Source: a virus (taxonomy: Duplodnaviria; Heunggongvirae; Uroviricota; Caudoviricetes). Taken from it: a DNA stretch of 64,000 nucleotides. Position numbers and translations under genes: made by a program. The stretch covers positions 109,091-173,090 of the IMG/VR virus record IMGVR_UViG_3300022697_000186; one strand, written 5' to 3'. A model generated the notes under the pieces. The model saw only the letters and a list, made by a program, of their open reading frames with translations, was not told the DNA's origin and ran no database searches. This document shows positions 45,094 to 54,001 of the stretch, in pieces (the first letter of the stretch is position 1; the number at the start of each line of letters is the position of its first letter).

Positions 45094-45133
45094 ATGTGGT
45101 TATCAATAGATATTAATTTACTGATAACCACAT
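45094..45133. terminator. 12-bp perfect inverted repeat between the Ubl-like and E2-like genes
   Basis: ATGTGGTTATCA (45094-45105) / TGATAACCACAT (45122-45133). Confidence 0.6.
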
Positions 45134-45140
45134 ATCTTAA

Positions 45141-45701
45141 TTAACCTGCTTTATTATATCTTTCAACACCTAAAAGTATTACAGCTGAATCTAAATTAAC
45201 ATCAGAAGGATTAGCAACTGATGTATTTTTTATTAAATCTGTAACTAGAAATGTACCTATTCCTTTTTCGTCACTATATTCTTTTATCGCCTTAAGTACA
45301 TCATCTGAATTAGCAACTTTATATCTATGAGTGTTATCATTATTAATAACTAAAAGCCTTTCATCTGCTTCTAACTGTACCTCACACTTATCACCAGCAC
45401 ATTTAATAGCTGCAGTACCATTTGATTGATTTATATTAATATCATAACCGCTTGCATTAGAGGGCATTGACATAATAGTATCACTAGATGAATCTTCTTC
45501 TTCAGCAACGTAGTATAAAGTTCTACCACTTTTAGTTATTTCTCTGAATACTTTTTTTTCAACTAACTCTTTAATTATTTCTGTAACTTTATCATTCTTT
45601 TTAGAATATCCTACAGCTTTAGATATGGCAGTTAATGATAAAGCATCATCTTCTTCATCAACTATAATTGTTTTAATTATTTTAGTTTTTAATTCTGACA
45701 A
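45141..45701 (-). CDS. Winged-helix + ubiquitin-like (beta-grasp) fusion ending in ...YNKAG
   Basis: N-terminal wHTH pattern; C-terminal beta-beta-alpha-beta-beta-beta pattern with a terminal Gly; immediately upstream of the E2, E1 and JAB genes. Confidence 0.6.
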   Translation of the reverse strand: MSELKTKIIKTIIVDEEDDALSLTAISKAVGYSKKNDKVTEIIKELVEKKVFREITKSGRTLYYVAEEEDSSSDTIMSMPSNASGYDININQSNGTAAIKCAGDKCEVQLEADERLLVINNDNTHRYKVANSDDVLKAIKEYSDEKGIGTFLVTDLIKNTSVANPSDVNLDSAVILLGVERYNKAG

Positions 45702-45713
45702 TTTAATGTCTCC

Positions 45714-46688
45714 TTATTTAGTTTTGAATATTATTCTATTTAATTTATCTACAGTACTCTGTATGTTTATATGCTGTAATACAGTATAATTTCTTTCTAG
45801 TAATACAGAAGTAATCAGTAATATAAAATATAAGTTTTTATATGCTGGTTGTAGATTAGAACATTGTCCTTGAAAATGATCTCTAGTTTCTTTCTTAAAG
45901 TTTTTAGATATCTTTTCTATTATATCTTCTATATTTGTGTTGTAACTTTTTAACTTCTGTATTGTATGATCTACATTTGCTTGAATTGAAGTTACATCTG
46001 TGTCTATTTCTTGTAGTGATCCTGCATGTATAAATTTAGACGAAAAATTACATAATGTAAAAAAGTCTTTCATTTTATGCGTAGTATTTGATGATGAATC
46101 TGAATTATTAATACTTCCAATTGTGTTAACAACATAATCTAAACGTAATGATCTTGAACCATTATATGAATTAACCACAGCTATATTTAATTTAGATTTA
46201 ACTGATGATAATTTAATTCCATCTATTCCAGTTATTATACTAAAAATCATTGATGCATCATCATCATCAAATGTTTTAATATCATAATTTGTTGAACCTA
46301 ACCATGTTGATCTAAATGGTTCTATATAAACTTTAGGTTCTTCTGTTAATTTAATCTTATCTTGTAAAAGATTAATAAATTTTTCAGAGGAAGCTATAAC
46401 ATATTTTCTAGTAAGTACACCATTTAAAGGAACCCATTTAGTAGACCCTTCTAATAAACAACATACAGTATATAATCCTGTTTTTTCATTATTTGGTGTT
46501 AAAATTTCTTTATACTGATATTCTTGACCAAACTCTTTTATTGATACTCCTATACTAGTCATATCTCTTAGTGAAAAAGTCCAACCAGTGGAATTAACAG
46601 TATCTACTTTTTGTACTAGTTCTACTGGTTCCTCTGTGTGAACTTCTTCTATAAATCGTTCTGTAATCCCACCTAGGGTAGTTGACAT
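45714..46688 (-). CDS. DUF932-like protein
   Basis: VVNSYNGSRSL resembles the NSxDGS motif of DUF932/DUF945 proteins. Confidence 0.45.
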   Translation of the reverse strand: MSTTLGGITERFIEEVHTEEPVELVQKVDTVNSTGWTFSLRDMTSIGVSIKEFGQEYQYKEILTPNNEKTGLYTVCCLLEGSTKWVPLNGVLTRKYVIASSEKFINLLQDKIKLTEEPKVYIEPFRSTWLGSTNYDIKTFDDDDASMIFSIITGIDGIKLSSVKSKLNIAVVNSYNGSRSLRLDYVVNTIGSINNSDSSSNTTHKMKDFFTLCNFSSKFIHAGSLQEIDTDVTSIQANVDHTIQKLKSYNTNIEDIIEKISKNFKKETRDHFQGQCSNLQPAYKNLYFILLITSVLLERNYTVLQHINIQSTVDKLNRIIFKTK

Positions 46689-46700
46689 AAATTATCCTTT

Positions 46701-46946
46701 CTACTTAATTCTAAACATTGTTTTTATATGTTTAATTTGATTTTCGTAGTGTTCTGATTTATATAAAAATTCTCTCAGTTTACCTAGAAAATCACCAACT
46801 AAATGATCTTTTCTTTCATCACCACTTTTCTGTATTTTAGCTGCGGGACAACCACCACTTACTTGTGGGTGAATCATCCCACATTCCTTACAGTTTACAT
46901 TATTTGACATCATATCATTTCTGGGTGGTCCTTGATTCATATTCAA
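46701..46946 (-). CDS. Small hypothetical protein with Cys/His cluster
   Basis: CKECGMIHP...CP. Confidence 0.55.
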   Translation of the reverse strand: MNMNQGPPRNDMMSNNVNCKECGMIHPQVSGGCPAAKIQKSGDERKDHLVGDFLGKLREFLYKSEHYENQIKHIKTMFRIK

Positions 46947-47399
46947 TTACATATCTCCTTTACTATGCTTAATCCAAACTTCTTTCAATATATCTGATGA
47001 ACATAAAATTAAATTTTTTCTTTGCAATATTTTTGAGCGGAATTCAGGGTCATTTTCTACATAAATTATTTTATCTACATGAATATTATTTTCAAAAATT
47101 TTAGAAATAACACTATTTTTCCAATCAGCAACTTCATCATTATTTTGAAATTTATAAAACAAACTAGGTTGTGTAATTATTTCATCTGGTTCCAATTTAT
47201 GTAGAAAATTAAACAATTGAATCATGGGTTTATCTATAGCTGGTCTTCCTGTAATTATTGACCAAGTACACTCTTTAGGTAATGTGAATGTTGGTCCGGT
47301 TTTAAAAACTTGAAAACTATTCCACCAGACGTTTTTCCATTCACTTTTACCTGCTAAAGTACCATCTAAATCTACTAAAATTTTAACATAACTTTCCAA
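46947..47399 (-). CDS. HAD-superfamily phosphatase
   Basis: Motif I VDLDGTL, motif II ITGR, motif IV-like YVEND. Confidence 0.75.
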   Translation of the reverse strand: MESYVKILVDLDGTLAGKSEWKNVWWNSFQVFKTGPTFTLPKECTWSIITGRPAIDKPMIQLFNFLHKLEPDEIITQPSLFYKFQNNDEVADWKNSVISKIFENNIHVDKIIYVENDPEFRSKILQRKNLILCSSDILKEVWIKHSKGDM

Positions 47400-47410
47400 T
47401 AAGTTACCTC

Positions 47411-47875
47411 CTATACTTCGACTTTTTCATTAGAGTTATATTTAACTGTAGGAATTTTTAAATTATATGTTATAGATTTACCTTCTACTTGATAATAAGA
47501 ATCCATTTTTTCAGTTATTGATTCAACAATACCTTTAACTGCTATATCATATGCAGTTTTTAGTCCATCTTTCTTTAAGACAATATATTGATTTTTTGAA
47601 TCAATATTATCACATTTAATTGAATTATCTTTTGCTCGATTTAACATATTGTCAATTACTTTACTTTTATTAAAACGTGTCCATGCACTTATAGCTCTTC
47701 CAGCTGATTTTGCTCTACCCATTTGTTTATTAAATGTATCACTTAGACTGCATTCAGCAATACCTACACAATAAAACTTATCTGATATATCTTCATTAAT
47801 AGAAATAGTTGCTCCACCATTACTAAGAATATTCCCGTTTGTATCGATTCTTCTTAAATGAAAAAATCTTGGCAT
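47411..47875 (-). CDS. Conserved phage hypothetical protein
   Basis: GIAECS..DTFNKQMGR...AGRA motif; RBS AAGGAGG. Confidence 0.65.
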   Translation of the reverse strand: MPRFFHLRRIDTNGNILSNGGATISINEDISDKFYCVGIAECSLSDTFNKQMGRAKSAGRAISAWTRFNKSKVIDNMLNRAKDNSIKCDNIDSKNQYIVLKKDGLKTAYDIAVKGIVESITEKMDSYYQVEGKSITYNLKIPTVKYNSNEKVEV

Positions 47876-47933
47876 AATAACCTCCTTAAAAAATCTTTAA
47901 ATAAAAAAATATGATTTTTGAGTAGATGAAATA

Positions 47934-47967
47934 GTAGGACTGGTAGTGGGAAAACTACCAATCCTAC
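47934..47967 (-). terminator. Hairpin in the leader of 47875
   Basis: GTAGGA-TGGTAGT / ACTACCA-TCCTAC arms; the single mismatch forms a G-U pair on the - strand. Confidence 0.55.
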
Positions 47968-48054
47968 AGAAATAAATTAATTCAATGTTTCATTATATTA
48001 TCTCCTAAATAAAAATCCAAATATGTTACATATCTAATATTTAATATATATGGT

Positions 48055-50253
48055 TCACATTGGGAGATGCTCGTCTACTTCAATATGATCTCGTAAAGTA
48101 TGAGAAATCAAAACTACACATTGTACTTCTGAAATTTTTCTTATCATACTTAAAACTACGTTTACATTATTAGGATCTAGTGAATCTAATATTTCATCTA
48201 ATATCAATATATTAAATCTCACACTATGCATTGATTCTAATAAATGTCTTAATGATAATAGACAGATTAACTCAATCAATCTACCTTCTCCTCTACTCAT
48301 ATCTTCAACACTATCAGTAAGATTATTAGTTTGAATTGCTGAAATAGAAAATTTATTTCTTAAATCACCACTTTTTAACTGTTGTTGAGAATCAAATCTT
48401 ACTCTTAAACAATCTGTTAATGAAGATAACTCTCTTGATTTATCATTAATTATTGGTATACTTTCGTCCAATAAAATAGATTTAATACCAGTATCAGAAA
48501 ATGCTTGTTTCCAAAAATCAAGAATATTTAAATCTGATTCTAACTTATTAATATCATCACTAATAGTTTTAGAAACATTTAATTCTTCTTCTATTTTCAA
48601 CTCTAATTTACCTATTTTAGATTTAATATCATTAATTAAAATTTCAGAATTTTTAGTTACATTTTTTAATTCAATAGTTTTACTTTCTAATTTGGAATTA
48701 AGTCTTATTAAATCCTGATTAGAATTTTCAAAATTCTCTAATTCTATTATTAAACCATCTAATTCTTTTTCTAACTTTTGTTTTTCATTAGAAGATTCTA
48801 TTGTTTCTTTCTTATATGTATTAAAAATATTAACTTTAAAATCTTTTAAATTTTTATTTAAATCTTCTAATTTAGAACTAAGTTTAGAACTAATTGTTTC
48901 TTTAATTCGAAGCATTTCTTTTTCTGCAGTATTCAATTTGTTTGAGAAATCAACTTCTAAATCTTTTATAGTAATCTGTAACTGATTAATTTTTGTAGTA
49001 GTTTCTGATTTTTTAATGTTTAATAATATTAGTTTATTATTTTGTTCTAATAAAGAATCTTTATTTAATTTTAATTCAGTTTTAACTTCATCTAAACTAG
49101 TTTCTCTAATCTCTTGTTTACATACAAAACAAGTTGGTGTATCTTTATTCAAATCATTCTCAATTTCAGATATTTTAAACTCCAAATTCTTAATTAATTT
49201 TTCAATAGTTTTTATATCATTAGTTATATTAGAATCTTCTAGTTGAACTATATTTAAATCTACTTTTATTGGATCTTTAATTCTTGATTCTTCTAAAATT
49301 ATTTCATTTTTAGACGCTTCGAATTTTGATATACATTGATCTTTAAATGAATTAGCTTCAGCATTAATTTTATCTATTTGATCTTTATTCGATTCTTCAG
49401 TATTTTTAATCGTAATATCAATTTGTTTCTCAGCATCATTAATTTTACTAGTTAATATAGTAAGACTATTTTGAATCTTTTCCTTTTTAGTAATTAGATC
49501 TTTAGGATCTTTTTTAGAATTAGATTCTAAATTTTTAATCAGAGAAATTATACTTGAAATATCTTTATTTAATTCATCAATAGTATTATTATTTCTATCT
49601 ATTATATTATTTAAATTAACCTTTTCTTCATTAAGAAAATTAGTATTATTATTAATTAAAGAATCTTGGTTTTCAAACTCTTGAGATTTAGATTTAAATA
49701 AACTATTATGTTCAGATATAGAAGCTTTAGTAGCTTTAGAATATACTTCGTATTTTTCTAATCCTAACATTTTGTCTAGTATACCTTTTTGACCACTATG
49801 TGTCATTTCAGAAAATGATTTTTCATTATCATTTTGACCAAACAACAAACAATTTAAAAATATATCTGAAGGCATTATTAAATCTACAATACGTTCATTA
49901 ACTAGTTTTCTTGATTCTGAAATATCTTTTCCATTCATAATAAGAAATTTATTATCATTGTATTGATTATGTTTCCTATAATTTCTTATTTCAAAATGAT
50001 CATCATCTATAGTAAATTTTAATATTACTGAACAATTTTTACCTGTTCTTTTTCTAATAACTGAATCACCTTTTCTACCCTTAATTGTGATATCATATAG
50101 AGCCCACATTATAGCATCACCTGGTATAGTAGATTTACCTGCTCCATTATCTCCAGTTATCATAACAAGCCTATTAGGTTGGAAACTAAATTCCATAAAT
50201 TCATGATTCCTAAAGTTTGTTACTTGAATATTTTCAAAATTGACTTCTCTCAT
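48055..50253 (-). CDS. sbcC: SbcC/Rad50-like ATPase (T4 gp46-like)
   Basis: Walker A GDNGAGKS, coiled coils, CFVC zinc hook, signature SRGE, Walker B ILILDE, and SH motif. Confidence 0.92.
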   Translation of the reverse strand: MREVNFENIQVTNFRNHEFMEFSFQPNRLVMITGDNGAGKSTIPGDAIMWALYDITIKGRKGDSVIRKRTGKNCSVILKFTIDDDHFEIRNYRKHNQYNDNKFLIMNGKDISESRKLVNERIVDLIMPSDIFLNCLLFGQNDNEKSFSEMTHSGQKGILDKMLGLEKYEVYSKATKASISEHNSLFKSKSQEFENQDSLINNNTNFLNEEKVNLNNIIDRNNNTIDELNKDISSIISLIKNLESNSKKDPKDLITKKEKIQNSLTILTSKINDAEKQIDITIKNTEESNKDQIDKINAEANSFKDQCISKFEASKNEIILEESRIKDPIKVDLNIVQLEDSNITNDIKTIEKLIKNLEFKISEIENDLNKDTPTCFVCKQEIRETSLDEVKTELKLNKDSLLEQNNKLILLNIKKSETTTKINQLQITIKDLEVDFSNKLNTAEKEMLRIKETISSKLSSKLEDLNKNLKDFKVNIFNTYKKETIESSNEKQKLEKELDGLIIELENFENSNQDLIRLNSKLESKTIELKNVTKNSEILINDIKSKIGKLELKIEEELNVSKTISDDINKLESDLNILDFWKQAFSDTGIKSILLDESIPIINDKSRELSSLTDCLRVRFDSQQQLKSGDLRNKFSISAIQTNNLTDSVEDMSRGEGRLIELICLLSLRHLLESMHSVRFNILILDEILDSLDPNNVNVVLSMIRKISEVQCVVLISHTLRDHIEVDEHLPM

Positions 50254-50678
50254 TAATCCTCAGTATACTCAGCAAAACTAGTTGGTGTTTCCCATACCTT
50301 AACAGATGTTACTTTTACAGTTGAATGTATATTATTTGATGTTAATCCTCTATCCACTCCTTCAAAAAAATATTTGGTCATTGCTTCAGCAGTAGGATCT
50401 GTTTCAAATGTAGTAAGTATAATACTTTCATCTGGAAGTTCATTTATATAAGGATCTTTTTCATTTAATATCATACCATGATCAAATGGTTTTAATAATT
50501 CATTTACTATCTTTTTAAGATCTCCAAAGTCAACAACCATATCATTTTCATTTAAATTTTTACTAGTTAAAGTAACTTCAATTCTATAGTTATGTCCGTG
50601 AAAATATTTACATTTCTTTTTATGCTTACTTAATCTATGTCCTGCTTCAAAATCGAATGATTTAGTTACACTATACAT
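50253..50678 (-). CDS. queD: 6-carboxy-5,6,7,8-tetrahydropterin synthase
   Basis: FEAGHRL, C...HGHNY, DFGDLK, FDH, PTAE and WET motifs; start set to ATG 50678 (RBS AAGGAG). Confidence 0.93.
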   Translation of the reverse strand: MYSVTKSFDFEAGHRLSKHKKKCKYFHGHNYRIEVTLTSKNLNENDMVVDFGDLKKIVNELLKPFDHGMILNEKDPYINELPDESIILTTFETDPTAEAMTKYFFEGVDRGLTSNNIHSTVKVTSVKVWETPTSFAEYTED

Positions 50679-50688
50679 TAAATCTCCT

Positions 50689-51129
50689 TTAGTGAACATA
50701 TTTTGAATTATTATTATTAAGATATTCATCCATATTAGATGGTGTTGATATACCTAATCTATTAATTGAATCATTTAATGCACAATTAAATTCTTCTTTT
50801 GTAATCCCAGCAAGTTCATTTATCTCTTTTATAAACTTCCTTAATACGTTATTCGCTACTTCATTTTTAATACCTAGATGCTGCTGCATTAAAGTTTCTC
50901 TAGCAGTTATATCTAGTAATTCTCTAAGTTCAGAACCGCTAAACTCTAAATTTATTTTAAACTTTTTACCAACTTCTAATTTTTTTAATTTTTTAGAAAT
51001 AGATTCCATAGGTGAAACTTTTTTATTTATTCTAGACTTAGTTTTTAGTTTAGCCTTAATAGACTTTTTCTTCGAAGATTTTAATTTAGTTACTTTTTTC
51101 TTTACTACTTTTTTACTCTTTACTACCAT
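50689..51129 (-). CDS. Protein with a very Lys-rich N-terminus
   Basis: VVKSKKVVKKKVTKLKSSKKKSIKAKLKTKSRINKK. Confidence 0.6.
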   Translation of the reverse strand: MVVKSKKVVKKKVTKLKSSKKKSIKAKLKTKSRINKKVSPMESISKKLKKLEVGKKFKINLEFSGSELRELLDITARETLMQQHLGIKNEVANNVLRKFIKEINELAGITKEEFNCALNDSINRLGISTPSNMDEYLNNNNSKYVH

Positions 51130-52123
51130 CTATAAACCTTTCTAATGTTGTAGTACCAATATCTAAATAATGTTGGTACTGATTTTCTGGTATACCTTGT
51201 ACCTCTAAATATTTTTTCATTTGATCTACAATAGTCATTGCTGTAGTTATACCTCTTATTTGATAATCTTCAACTACCTCATCTACTACTGATATACCAT
51301 CAAATGCATCTTTAGGAAGTTCCTTAACTTGATTATGAACTCGTACATAATCTCCTGCCTCAGTATATTCTTTTGATTGTTTTAGTACTTCCTCAATATC
51401 TTCTTCCCTTTCAATTATCAACTCTTGATATTTACGATAACCTTTCGTTGGAATACTTTCTATTTCTAACGTATCAGTATCTATAACTAAGAACCGTTTA
51501 AGGTTCCCTGCTTCGTCTCTGCGTAGTTGTATAAGACTACCCGTATAGTATACATGCCCTACCTGTTGGTGATTATGATAATGACCTAATACTACTAAAT
51601 CGAATTTCTTTAAATCATTAGATGATATTCTGGTTCTTATTGATATACCTGAAGCAACAGTAGCATCTGATAATCCTAAATGACCAAACATTATTTTATT
51701 TGGTTCCGCTTCTACAATATGATCTACTAAATTACCAGAATGTGGTATATAAGTTTTTTGGTCAATTACTGTAGGTTCTATTATAGTTGTTACGTTAGAT
51801 AATCCATCTAATAATTGTATAGCAGATTGTTGCTCTATTTTTGTACTACTATCATGATTACCATGTAGTATTATAAAATGTATATCAGAGTATTTTTCTA
51901 ATATTTGCTGGAACAATACAAAGGCTCTAGCATGAACTATATTTTTTAAATCATTGATATCCCCGAGAATATTAATCTCAGGGATACCATTTTCTTTAGC
52001 ATAAATACAGATGTCTTCAAATACATTTAACGTTTCCGTTAGTTTAAGAGGTATACCATCGTCACCTATTTGTTTATCATTCCAGAGCTTTAAATGCAAG
52101 TCAGCAACTGTTATTATTTTCAT
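51113..52123 (-). CDS. sbcD: SbcD/Mre11-like metallophosphoesterase nuclease (T4 gp47-like)
   Basis: ADLH, LGDI, GNHD, GH and LGHYH motifs. Confidence 0.9.
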   Translation of the reverse strand: MKIITVADLHLKLWNDKQIGDDGIPLKLTETLNVFEDICIYAKENGIPEINILGDINDLKNIVHARAFVLFQQILEKYSDIHFIILHGNHDSSTKIEQQSAIQLLDGLSNVTTIIEPTVIDQKTYIPHSGNLVDHIVEAEPNKIMFGHLGLSDATVASGISIRTRISSNDLKKFDLVVLGHYHNHQQVGHVYYTGSLIQLRRDEAGNLKRFLVIDTDTLEIESIPTKGYRKYQELIIEREEDIEEVLKQSKEYTEAGDYVRVHNQVKELPKDAFDGISVVDEVVEDYQIRGITTAMTIVDQMKKYLEVQGIPENQYQHYLDIGTTTLERFIDGSKE

Positions 52124-52137
52124 TTATTTACCTGATT

Positions 52138-53397
52138 TTAACCATTAATTGTTTCTTTATCTGGTCTCATTCGACCAAACACAGGAAACCGCAGGCATCC
52201 CTGATCAGTCTTTTCCTGATACTTAACTTCAACTATTTTACCAATTAAACTATCTCGTTTACTCCAAAAGTCTTTTCTCATATCTTCAGTTAAACCACTA
52301 CCAACTCTAGTAGTATTTCCATTTTCTAATCTAACAACTAAAGTTCCAAGCATACCGTTAAGTTTACCTTCACCTTCTTCAAATCCTATAATTTCACAAT
52401 CTTCTTCAAATCTAGGTTTCATTTTGTACCAACCCTTAGTACGTTTACATTCGTAAACAGCATCAGGATCTTTTATCATTAAACCTTCATATCCTTTTTT
52501 AACTGAATCATCGAATAAGTTTTGTAACTCATCAACGTCATCTACTATAAACCAAGGTGCCACTTCTAAGTGATGTGAATCATTAATTTTTGGTTTAATA
52601 ATATTATCTATGTATTTTTTTCTATTTTCTTGTTTAGTAGTTGATTTAACACCTTTTAAAATTTCTGATTTTTCAGAGTCAAATATAAAGTATAAAATAT
52701 TATTATCTATATCTTTTTCATCTCTACCTTTAACTCTTTGTACACAAGTCATTAGTTTTTGAAAACCTGACTTATGAAAAATTTCACCATCCACAAATGT
52801 ATCAGGTTCCATTACTTGATTAAGTTCTTCTTCTAAAATAGGAAAATTTAATTCCCTTCCAGATCTACTTAATAATATAATCTTATCATCTTCTTTAACA
52901 GCAGTACATCTTAAACCGTCATATTTATAATCACCTATTATAGGATAATTTAATTGACTTGTTTGTTCATCTTTTAACGGTGTAGCTAATTGTACATCAT
53001 ATTTTGTAATCTGTTGTTTATCACTTAATACTTTATTAGAAGTACTTATACTAACACCACATTTTAAATCTTTCTTTAAAATACACTTCAATATATCTTG
53101 ACTTTGTTTGTCATATCTTCTAATAAAATCTCTTAGTTCATTTCTTGCATTGTTACCAGTTAATGTTCTGTTGGCTAATCTATCAAGTATATTTAAATAT
53201 TCATCAAGAGATGCCACGTCTAGCTGACCTTTACCTTCTTTTATAGTGGGTAATTTAACTATACCATAAGTAATGAAAGGATCTAGAGCTGCATGCAATA
53301 TTTTCACAACACTTTGTTGTTTAATATATTCTTTTAATATTTCTTTTTTCTCTGTTGATTTAGTTGTTGATCTAAGATCATTTAACAATTCTAACAA
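52138..53397 (-). CDS. lig: ATP-dependent DNA ligase
   Basis: KYDGLR, SRSG, DGE, FD, EGLMIK, WYKMK, VGSG and LRFPVF motifs. Confidence 0.95.
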   Translation of the reverse strand: MLELLNDLRSTTKSTEKKEILKEYIKQQSVVKILHAALDPFITYGIVKLPTIKEGKGQLDVASLDEYLNILDRLANRTLTGNNARNELRDFIRRYDKQSQDILKCILKKDLKCGVSISTSNKVLSDKQQITKYDVQLATPLKDEQTSQLNYPIIGDYKYDGLRCTAVKEDDKIILLSRSGRELNFPILEEELNQVMEPDTFVDGEIFHKSGFQKLMTCVQRVKGRDEKDIDNNILYFIFDSEKSEILKGVKSTTKQENRKKYIDNIIKPKINDSHHLEVAPWFIVDDVDELQNLFDDSVKKGYEGLMIKDPDAVYECKRTKGWYKMKPRFEEDCEIIGFEEGEGKLNGMLGTLVVRLENGNTTRVGSGLTEDMRKDFWSKRDSLIGKIVEVKYQEKTDQGCLRFPVFGRMRPDKETING

Positions 53398-53418
53398 TAT
53401 ATTAACGCCACCTTTTAC

Positions 53419-53970
53419 CTAAAATCTATTTATTTCTACACCATGTAAATCTGTCCAAGTGAACAATTCTACTGGTAATTGCCAATATTTATTTTTACTA
53501 TTTTCATCAAATTTTTGAGATTCAACTCCTAATGTTATTGCCTCCATAAGTTCAAATGATACTCTTGATATAAGTTTATTTGGATTATCAAAATTAAAAT
53601 TTGAAGTATCACTAATAAAAAATGTTAGAGGTAATTTAATATTTTTTTCCGCTTCTTTACACCACCATTTACTTGTATTAAATTGATTAGTTTTTAATTT
53701 AATAATACCATCTTTTCCTACATGCAAACATGAAATGTACATTTTGATTTTTCTGTCCCATAACATTAAATAATTAGGTCTATTAGACATCTTGCCTAGT
53801 AAGTGTCTATAATATGGATCAACACTTGTTGTTTCTTTCGATGCTAATTGTTCATACCAATGATTATTTATAGTACAAAATTCTTCAAACACATGACTTG
53901 AATCATACTTTTGGAATATTTTATTTTTTTCTTGTTTTTCAATTATTTCTTTTTTAAATTTTTTGCTCAT
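53419..53970 (-). CDS. Hypothetical protein (183 aa)
   Basis: ORF with RBS AAAGG. Confidence 0.65.
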   Translation of the reverse strand: MSKKFKKEIIEKQEKNKIFQKYDSSHVFEEFCTINNHWYEQLASKETTSVDPYYRHLLGKMSNRPNYLMLWDRKIKMYISCLHVGKDGIIKLKTNQFNTSKWWCKEAEKNIKLPLTFFISDTSNFNFDNPNKLISRVSFELMEAITLGVESQKFDENSKNKYWQLPVELFTWTDLHGVEINRF

Positions 53971-54001
53971 TATACCTTTCTATTAGATTTAATATCTATA
54001 A

